From Patescibacteria group bacterium (GTDB lineage Bacteria > Patescibacteriota > Patescibacteriia > 2-01-FULL-39-33): 32,000 bases of DNA. The first letter of the stretch is position 1, and each line of letters opens with the position of its first letter. A program made the translations under genes and the position numbers. The notes under the pieces were generated by a model. It was not told where the DNA came from and searched no databases. It saw nothing but the letters and a program-made list of their open reading frames with translations. Positions 25,623-32,000 of the stretch are shown here, piece after piece. The stretch covers positions 1 to 32,000 of the forward strand of contig JBAZRV010000005.1 in assembly GCA_041662745.1 (NCBI GenBank). The letters are read 5' to 3'.

Positions 25623-26654
25623 TTAGGTGGTAATCTCACCAACAATACTAGTATTAATCGCTCGTGATAAAGCTTTCGCTGATTTTAGTCCTTGTGCCAA
25701 AACCCACATAAATTTAACTTGAGCCATAACATCAGTTAAATCGCCAGCTGGAATAGCCCCCGCATCCAATGCTAATTTTCCTGGTTCATAAATATCCATA
25801 TGGGTTTGACCGCCGACAAATTTAGTCGAAACAATAACTGGAATTTTAAGAACATTGACGGATTCACTGATAACTGGAAGAAGTGAGTACTCATTTTCAC
25901 TCGGAACATTACCTGCACCCAATGATTTTAGTAACAAACCTTCGACCCCCCCCAATCGCAAAATTTTCGTAAGAATTTTTGGCTCTAGCCCTGGCACTAA
26001 ATCAATTGCAAGAATTCCTCGCTGGAATTCTGCATTAACTTTTAATGGTGTTTTTCTTTCCACCCTGAATGCTTCTGGAATAAAATGAACACCTACGGCG
26101 TCTATCCTGGCTAAATGTGGAAAGGCTGGCGAATCAAATGCAGGGAATCTTGCTTCGCTGGTTTTTATAGCTCTGACGGCTCGCAGGACGCTATCGCTAA
26201 AACAAATCATTACTTCCGCAATTTTCTCATCGCAAGCTTGAAGAGCTGTCTTCATTGAATTTTCTAAATTGAAGCGTGCGTCTGTACCATAGGCAACTAA
26301 GGGAAGTTGTGAGCCCGTAAAGACAATAGGAATTTTTAACCCTCTACCAAGCGCAAGAGCAACACCGCCAGCTGTATATGTCATAGTGTCAGTACCATGC
26401 GTAATAATAATAGCGTCCGCTTGATTATGGATTTCTTTGATTTTAAGGGCTAATTTTTTCCAATGGGTCGGGTTAATATTTGTGCTATCCAGACGTTCAA
26501 GCTCTAAGAAAGAAACATCTGCCATTTCTTGTAATGATGGAACTATAGCAAGAATCTCCTTTATGCTTTTAGCGGGCTTCAAAACTCCCGATGGGTCTGG
26601 AACCATTGCAATAGTTCCGCCAAATCCTAGTATTACAATTTTTCGTTTCTTCAT
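25623..26654 (-). CDS. L-asparaginase, type I-like
   Basis: VILGFGGTIAM, DSTNINPTHWKKLA, IITHGTDTMTYTAGGVAL, VFTGSQLP, KFVGGQTHMDIYEPG. Confidence 0.9.
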   Translation of the reverse strand: MKKRKIVILGFGGTIAMVPDPSGVLKPAKSIKEILAIVPSLQEMADVSFLELERLDSTNINPTHWKKLALKIKEIHNQADAIIITHGTDTMTYTAGGVALALGRGLKIPIVFTGSQLPLVAYGTDARFNLENSMKTALQACDEKIAEVMICFSDSVLRAVRAIKTSEARFPAFDSPAFPHLARIDAVGVHFIPEAFRVERKTPLKVNAEFQRGILAIDLVPGLEPKILTKILRLGGVEGLLLKSLGAGNVPSENEYSLLPVISESVNVLKIPVIVSTKFVGGQTHMDIYEPGKLALDAGAIPAGDLTDVMAQVKFMWVLAQGLKSAKALSRAINTSIVGEITT

Positions 26655-26657
26655 AAG

Positions 26658-27173
26658 TTATTTTTCGTTTATTTCTTTTGAGGCAATTATCTCACCGTCT
26701 TTTCTTTCATCAATAGTATAACCGACTTTGGCATGCCCTTGTTTTAATAATTCAGTTTCTGCTGGTTCTTCAGCGATTAATTTGCCAAAAACTAAGCTGC
26801 AATCATTTGCCCGAGCGACAGAGTCAGCGATTCCAAGCAGCTGCTCGCCGATTTTTTTACCTCGCAAATCAGGCCTGACGTATCTATCCGCAATATACAA
26901 ATAATTAGCCGAACTGCCATCTTTTTTATTATAAATTTTAAACAGTTTTAGATTTATAAAATAACGTTGATCTTCGCCTGTAAGATTGATTCTGTAGGCG
27001 GTCGATTTCGCTAAATCAACATCCAATAACTTTACGCCAACGGTTATAAGTTCGGAATAATTGTTTATCTTGCCTAATCTGGTTTCCAGAGCTTGAATTT
27101 GGCCATCGACTCTGATTCGATATTCATCATCAACAATTAAGCTGTAATCCCTAGTTACGGCAGAATCATACAA
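26658..27173 (-). CDS. GNAT-family N-acetyltransferase
   Basis: NYLYIADRYVRPDLRGKKIGEQLLGIADSVARANDCSLVFG. Confidence 0.7.
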   Translation of the reverse strand: MYDSAVTRDYSLIVDDEYRIRVDGQIQALETRLGKINNYSELITVGVKLLDVDLAKSTAYRINLTGEDQRYFINLKLFKIYNKKDGSSANYLYIADRYVRPDLRGKKIGEQLLGIADSVARANDCSLVFGKLIAEEPAETELLKQGHAKVGYTIDERKDGEIIASKEINEK

Positions 27174-27233
27174 GGTGCTGTCTTTAGCCGCCTGGATAAA
27201 TTTAATATATATTTGTTTAGTGGCTCCAATAGT

Positions 27234-27383
27234 TTATCGCGCCATGCCTTCAGCCGATGACAAAAGACGTTCTCTTTCAGCCAAAGACAACTCGGACAAC
27301 CTTTCTGGATTGTGCAAATAATCGGCTAATTGGGGCTCGCCTTCATACTGTTCCCGATCCTCGTAACGTCCAAATTTTTCCAT
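27234..27383 (-). CDS. Small hypothetical ORF (49 aa), not in the supplied track
   Basis: MEKFGRYEDREQYEGEPQLADYLHNPERLSELSLAERERLLSSAEGMAR*; co-directional with GNAT and asparaginase. Confidence 0.45.
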   Translation of the reverse strand: MEKFGRYEDREQYEGEPQLADYLHNPERLSELSLAERERLLSSAEGMAR

Positions 27384-27471
27384 AAATATCATTCATTTAT
27401 ATGTGTATTATACACTATTTTAACTAAAAACAAAAGTCGAACGAACTAACTTCGAACTTTGCCCCCAATCG

Positions 27472-27535
27472 GTCTAGAACCAAAACGACCGGCATTCATG
27501 ACGAATGTCGGTCGTTTGGAAAACAAGTTCAAAGC
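27472..27535. repeat. Dispersed hairpin repeat immediately 3' of tRNA-Asn (copy B)
   Basis: GACCGgCATTCatgacGAATGtCGGTC hairpin, then GGAAAACAAGTTCAAAGC next to the tRNA 3' end. Confidence 0.85.
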
Positions 27536-27606
27536 TCAGCGGACTGGATTCGAACCAGTAACCTACCGGTTAACAGCCGGTTGCTCTACCATTGAGCTAC
27601 CGCTGA
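27536..27606 (-). tRNA. tRNA-Asn (GTT anticodon)
   Basis: TCAGCGGTAGCTCAATGGTAGAGCAACCGGCTGTTAACCGGTAGGTTACTGGTTCGAATCCAGTCCGCTGA folds as a full cloverleaf. Confidence 0.96.
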
Positions 27607-27642
27607 ACCTTGAACTTGTTTTATTTTTTTAAGTTCATCCAA

Positions 27643-27810
27643 TTTAACAGCCGGCGAGCCGGTTGCTCTTCCTGGGCAGCGCTGAACGCTCCCATTGGTC
27701 GCGTTCATCGACACTCGACTTCGCCTTGAGGCTCGTCTTGTTTCTGCCCGTCCATCCGCTAAAGCGGATCGGACCCATTTCGCTACCGCTGAACCTTGGA
27801 CTTGTTTTAT
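27643..27810 (-). repeat. Decayed, interrupted partial tRNA-Asn copy
   Basis: 27782-27810 matches 27596-27624 (28/29, tRNA 5' end plus leader); 27643-27670 repeats the anticodon arm (TTAACAGCCGG..TTGCTCT); about 110 nt lies between them. Confidence 0.65.
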
Positions 27811-27881
27811 CGATCAAAAATAACTTAATTATATTAGCAAAAAAATCGCCGTTTGTCAATAATTTACCGGCTGTGGAAAAC

Positions 27882-29141
27882 TTAGTAATCCCTTAATTTT
27901 TCTATTCCTTGGATTTTTTCAATCTTCTCCAGCGCCTTGGCTTCAATCTGGCGGATGCGCTCGCGGGTAACGTCAAACTCCTTGCCCACCTCTTCCAGCG
28001 TATGCGCCACGCCGTCGCGCAGACCGAAACGCATTTCCAACACCTTTTGTTCGCGCGGCGTCAACTCGCTGATCACCTGCCGGACATAATCGCTCAAGAT
28101 GCGCAAAGCGGCGGCGCGATCCGGCGTCAGCGTCTTCTGGTCTTCAATAAAATCCTCCAGCACCGAATCTTCACTGTCGTCGCCCACGGGCGTGCCCAGC
28201 GATATCGTCTCTTGCGAAATCTTTAAAATATGCAAAACCTTTTCCAGCTCCTCGCCCATTTCCGCGGCGATCTCTTCGGGCATGGGTTCGCGCCCCAGAT
28301 CCTGCACCAAGCGCCGTTCCACTTGCTGAAAACGATTGATGTTCTCCACCATATGGACGGGAATGCGGATAGTGCGCGACTGATCGGCCAGCGACCGGGT
28401 AATGGCCTGGCGAATCCACCAAGTGGCGTAAGTGGAAAACTTATAGCCCTTATGATAGTCAAACTTTTCTACGGCGCGGAACAAGCCGATGTTGCCTTCC
28501 TGAATCAGATCCAACAGCGACAGATTCTTGCCGGTGAACTTTTTGGCAATGGAAACCACCAGGCGCAGATTGGCCTTGATCAGTTTTTGTTTGGCTTCCA
28601 CATCGCCCCGTTCAATCCGTTTGGCCAAAGAGATTTCTTCTTCGGTGTGCAACAAGGGCACCTTGCCGATTTCGCGCAGATACATCTGAATGGAATCGGC
28701 GGAAATGTCGCCCAAATCAATATTCTCCCCCAAAGTAATCTTGGCGGCTTTCTTTTCCTTGGCGGTCAGTGGCGGTGGCGGTACGCCGGTCGGCGGTTTG
28801 CCCAGCAAGGACGGCGTTTCCACGACGGCGATATTGGCATAATCCAAATCATCCAGTATGCCTTCGTACTGGTCAACGTATTCCTCTATCTCCGGGTAGA
28901 GCAACGCCAATTCCTGCTCGGTTACAAAACCGCGGATCCTGCCCTTCTTCATTACCGCTTCAATCTCCAGCGGATTGGGCAGAACTGCCTGATGCGCCGT
29001 TTCTTTGGCTCGCGCTTTGGCCTGGTGCGGTTTCTTGCCCCTGGCCGGCTTGCGCGCTTTGCTCGGCTTGCGCGCCGGCTTCTTCTTGGCCTTGGCTTTG
29101 ACCGGCTTCTTGGCCGGTTTTTTCTTTTTTATTTTTGGCAT
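27882..29141 (-). CDS. rpoD: RNA polymerase primary sigma factor
   Basis: [85 protein letters not shown]; Lys/Ala/Pro-rich N terminus. Confidence 0.98.
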   Translation of the reverse strand: MPKIKKKKPAKKPVKAKAKKKPARKPSKARKPARGKKPHQAKARAKETAHQAVLPNPLEIEAVMKKGRIRGFVTEQELALLYPEIEEYVDQYEGILDDLDYANIAVVETPSLLGKPPTGVPPPPLTAKEKKAAKITLGENIDLGDISADSIQMYLREIGKVPLLHTEEEISLAKRIERGDVEAKQKLIKANLRLVVSIAKKFTGKNLSLLDLIQEGNIGLFRAVEKFDYHKGYKFSTYATWWIRQAITRSLADQSRTIRIPVHMVENINRFQQVERRLVQDLGREPMPEEIAAEMGEELEKVLHILKISQETISLGTPVGDDSEDSVLEDFIEDQKTLTPDRAAALRILSDYVRQVISELTPREQKVLEMRFGLRDGVAHTLEEVGKEFDVTRERIRQIEAKALEKIEKIQGIEKLRDY

Positions 29142-29165
29142 GACGAATTGTTTTTAGAATAAAAA

Positions 29166-31091
29166 CTAAACCGCTGATTTCTTTTTGATCAGCTCGGACA
29201 GCTCCAAATAAATATTCTCGGCTGACGCAGTGTCGCCGGTTTTCTCCGCTTCATCCAACTTTAGCTTGAGGCGGGAAATCATGACGTTAAAATAGTTGCT
29301 TTTAAGCAACCTGATAAGGGTATCAAGTTCATTTTTCGCTTCTTTGGCGTCCAGACCGGCAAAATCCTTCTGCGCCAAAAGATACGATTGTTCGAGTGTT
29401 TTAAGCGCCAGCTCGCTCACGGCTTGGGTTTTGACCCAGTCATAAAACAGGTCAAATATGGTTTGTTCCTCCCGTTCGGCGGCGCTGATGGAAAACAGTT
29501 CGTTATTTACAGTATAAAATAAAATAATTTTTTTGTAAAGATCTTCGGCCAACGGATCAATCCAAAGTTCCGGTTCAAGGTAATCGCCCAATTTGGCCAA
29601 AAAGTCGGGAAACATCCAAATTAACGCCAAAACCCTCATAAACATCAACAAATCCCGGTCATTTATCGTATTCTGAGGCGCGGCTTGCCTAACGGCATCC
29701 TGGGGCCTGACAGGGGCCTTGGACGGGGCTTTTTGGACATTCTTAAGCTGGGAAACGCGATCCCGAAAATCATCCTCCCGAATGTTGAGCCGATTGCCGA
29801 TTTCATGGATCCAGTAGCCTCTTTCAACGGGGTCATCAATTTTGGCTATCTTTTCGCCGAGAAAAGAAGCGATTTGTTTTTTTACCGCCAGATCATTCGG
29901 GTCTTTGTCCTTGACCGTTGACTGCCAAAAATATTCCAGCGCCGGTTGCGCTTTATTAATCGCCTCCGCCCAATCCGCCGGATTATTCTTCAGGCACTCA
30001 TCGGGATCTTTGCCGCTGGGAATGGTAATGACTTTGGAATTATAATTCAGGGCCGGATCAATGAACTGCGACAGCTTGCCGTGCCTGTCAAGGGAACTGA
30101 CAATCCTGTCTTCCTTCTCAATATCCCGAACCAGCTCTTCGCCGCGATCGGTGGCTTTCTGGCCGGCCGAATCGGCGTCCAAAGCGAAATAAATATTATT
30201 AGTGTAACGCTTGAGCAATTGCAACTGATCTTTGGTCAAAGCCGTACCCGAAGAAGCGACCGTGTTTTTGAAACCGTATTGATGGCAACTGACCGCATCC
30301 ATTTGGCCCTCCACCACCACGGCGCAGTCCTGTTTTCTGATTTCATTCTTGGCTTGATACAAGGCAAAGACGATGGCGCTTTTGTTGTAAATATCGGTCT
30401 GAGGCGTATTGACGTATTTGGCCGGCTCGTCTTTGGACAATGTCCGGCCGGTGAAACCGCAGACTCGGCCGTTGTGGTCAACGATGGGAAACATGATGCG
30501 ATTCCGGAAACGGTCATAATACCCGCTTCCCCGATCCTTCCTGATGGTAAACCCGGCGGAAAATATTTCCTGTTCGGCGAACCCCCGCTTCCTCAAAAAC
30601 TCAAACAGATTGCTCCAGTCGTCAATGGCATAACCGATTTTAAAATTCTCCATCGTTTCTTCACTGACGCTCCGGCCGGCCAGATAATCGCGCGCCGTTT
30701 GCGCCCGCGGAGATTCTTGCAACACTTTCTGCCAATACCGGGCGGCCAAATCGCAAACATCGTACAGATTGTTTTTTCTGCTGGCGATTTCCGGCCGATG
30801 GCGCGACAAAGTAACGCCGGCTTTCTGCGCTAAGATTTTCAAGGCTTCGGGAAAATCCATGTTTTCCAGCTTCATCAGGAATTCAAAAATATCTCCGCCC
30901 GCACCGCAACCGAAGCAATGCCAACTGCCCCGGGCCGGCGAGACCATTAGCGACGGCGTCTTCTCATTATGGAAGGGGCAGAGCGCTTTGTACGCTCCCG
31001 CGCCGGCCGGCACCAATTTCAAGTATTCGCCGAGGAGCTCGGCGACGTCAATCTTGGCTTTGATTTGTTCTATTTCGGGACTGGAAGACAT
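29166..31091 (-). CDS. dnaG: DNA primase
   Basis: Zn-binding CPFHNEKTPSLMVSPARGSWHCFGC, YDRFRNRIMFPIVDHNGRVCGFTGR, VVVEGQMDAVSCHQYG, FALDADSAGQKATDRG. Confidence 0.98.
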   Translation of the reverse strand: MSSSPEIEQIKAKIDVAELLGEYLKLVPAGAGAYKALCPFHNEKTPSLMVSPARGSWHCFGCGAGGDIFEFLMKLENMDFPEALKILAQKAGVTLSRHRPEIASRKNNLYDVCDLAARYWQKVLQESPRAQTARDYLAGRSVSEETMENFKIGYAIDDWSNLFEFLRKRGFAEQEIFSAGFTIRKDRGSGYYDRFRNRIMFPIVDHNGRVCGFTGRTLSKDEPAKYVNTPQTDIYNKSAIVFALYQAKNEIRKQDCAVVVEGQMDAVSCHQYGFKNTVASSGTALTKDQLQLLKRYTNNIYFALDADSAGQKATDRGEELVRDIEKEDRIVSSLDRHGKLSQFIDPALNYNSKVITIPSGKDPDECLKNNPADWAEAINKAQPALEYFWQSTVKDKDPNDLAVKKQIASFLGEKIAKIDDPVERGYWIHEIGNRLNIREDDFRDRVSQLKNVQKAPSKAPVRPQDAVRQAAPQNTINDRDLLMFMRVLALIWMFPDFLAKLGDYLEPELWIDPLAEDLYKKIILFYTVNNELFSISAAEREEQTIFDLFYDWVKTQAVSELALKTLEQSYLLAQKDFAGLDAKEAKNELDTLIRLLKSNYFNVMISRLKLKLDEAEKTGDTASAENIYLELSELIKKKSAV

Positions 31092-31240
31092 ATTATTACT
31101 TAGATATCATACAATAAATACGCCGGTTTAAGCAATATTGACAAGAGGCGCTTAAAAATGATAATATCCGACATTAGAGTTCTTTACAACTGAACAGAAA
31201 AACATAAACAAAACCGCCCACGGGCAAGAAGGAGAAAAAC

Positions 31241-31807
31241 ATGGATTTAATGTGTAACGACGCAATCAGGGCGACGCTTGGGTCTTTTGCGGATGTGAGA
31301 TATAAATATTTGGACTGGGGCTTGTTCCTTATCAGTGGTCCAAACAGTGCTGAAAGAGCTGAGATTCTGGCCAAGATAAAACGCCAGCTTCAATTTAATT
31401 TGGATCAAACCTTGATAATTACCGCCATGACGCAATTTTCAAACGGTCAACTGTTAGTCAATTTTGATTCTGTTACCGCTCCAGCCAACCCCTCCATCAA
31501 TCTTTCTGCCGATCCTCCGGCCGGTCCTTCCGTTGATCTTCCCGCCTGTCCTTCCACCAATCTTCCCGCCGAAAATAAAAAAAGGATTTTTCTTTACCAC
31601 GCCTATGATAGCAGTGGCAGAAAACCGGAACAAGGGACGATAATGGTTATCGCTACCGATGTAAACGCGGCTGATGAAACTTTAGCCGCCGCCGGGAAAA
31701 AATTAGCACTCTCTACGAATAGTATCTGCTGGGGTTGCGAGCTTAATGGCGTTGCCCTGCAAGAAACAAACGGCAATATCATCGCCTTGTTACCGCCATC
31801 GTATTAA
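31241..31807 (+). CDS. Hypothetical protein
   Basis: 188-aa ORF behind AAGGAG; low-complexity Pro/Ser/Thr linker in the middle. Confidence 0.55.
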   Translation: MDLMCNDAIRATLGSFADVRYKYLDWGLFLISGPNSAERAEILAKIKRQLQFNLDQTLIITAMTQFSNGQLLVNFDSVTAPANPSINLSADPPAGPSVDLPACPSTNLPAENKKRIFLYHAYDSSGRKPEQGTIMVIATDVNAADETLAAAGKKLALSTNSICWGCELNGVALQETNGNIIALLPPSY

Positions 31808-31837
31808 GTTGAGGCAAAAAAACGAAGGGAGGAAGAA

Positions 31838-32000
31838 ATGAAAAACCATACAAGCGAAGCCAAGGATGAGCAGGGTACTCTCGGACAATTGTTGCGGGAA
31901 AAAGTCAAAGCCGGCAAACAAGCAAGGGAAGCTAAGGAACAAGAAGAACAACGCAAACGACTGGAACCGTTTATTAGCCGAGCTAACGATCTGATCAAGG
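31838..32000 (+). CDS. Truncated hypothetical, runs off the window
   Basis: GGGAGG upstream of ATG 31838; MKNHTSEAKDEQGTLGQLLREKVKAGKQAREAKEQEEQRKRLEPF... open to the window end. Confidence 0.5.
   Translation, partial: MKNHTSEAKDEQGTLGQLLREKVKAGKQAREAKEQEEQRKRLEPFISRANDLIK

Noticed and set aside
12266-27492. Interpretation of the dispersed hairpins as integron attC sites
   Set aside because: No RYYYAAC/GTTRRRY core pair (the right arm reads GTTTGGA) and no integron integrase in the window; only three copies are visible.
27644-27896. ORFs 27644..27859 - and 27663..27896 +
   Set aside because: They cover the decayed tRNA repeat region and the rpoD 3' flank, with no domain signal; treated as spurious.
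28099-29162. Several long antisense ORFs (28230..29162, 28769..29101, 28171..28422) over rpoD, and 29946..30833 over dnaG
   Set aside because: They mirror highly conserved housekeeping genes in GC-rich sequence; no plausible motifs or domain content on the opposite strand.
1-32000. CRISPR array or cas genes
   Set aside because: No regularly spaced short repeats and no Cas-like proteins among the ORFs on either strand.

Overview
The window looks like a small-genome bacterium, possibly Patescibacteria/CPR (inference from gene content; not verified). Two housekeeping-like flanks surround an accessory island of about 15 kb. Left flank (1-12.2 kb): glycosyltransferase, aroE, HD-family hydrolase, HPrK-like P-loop protein, archaeal-type S-adenosylmethionine synthetase, TspO/MBR protein, sortase with an LPNTG-anchored ice-binding-like protein, and a tight operon of a membrane-fused molybdopterin oxidoreductase with msrB and msrA. 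Right flank (27.5-32 kb): tRNA-Asn(GTT), rpoD, dnaG and hypotheticals. The interval 12.3-27.5 kb is bracketed by a 64-nt direct repeat (4 mismatches) that includes the 3' 15 nt of tRNA-Asn. It carries a three-gene AlbA_2/Schlafen-like operon, phage-like HTH genes and a ParB-methyltransferase, a PD-(D/E)XK-like protein, a large serine recombinase, a reverse transcriptase next to Vsr, a complete LexA-like repressor fused in frame to a C5 cytosine methyltransferase, a probable restriction endonuclease, and an L-asparaginase/GNAT cargo segment. The strongest candidates for new biology are the LexA-methyltransferase fusion with its divergent Vsr-RT neighbours, the AlbA_2 operon, and a nested structured non-coding region upstream of the recombinase. 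All family assignments come from reading motifs by eye; no database search was run.
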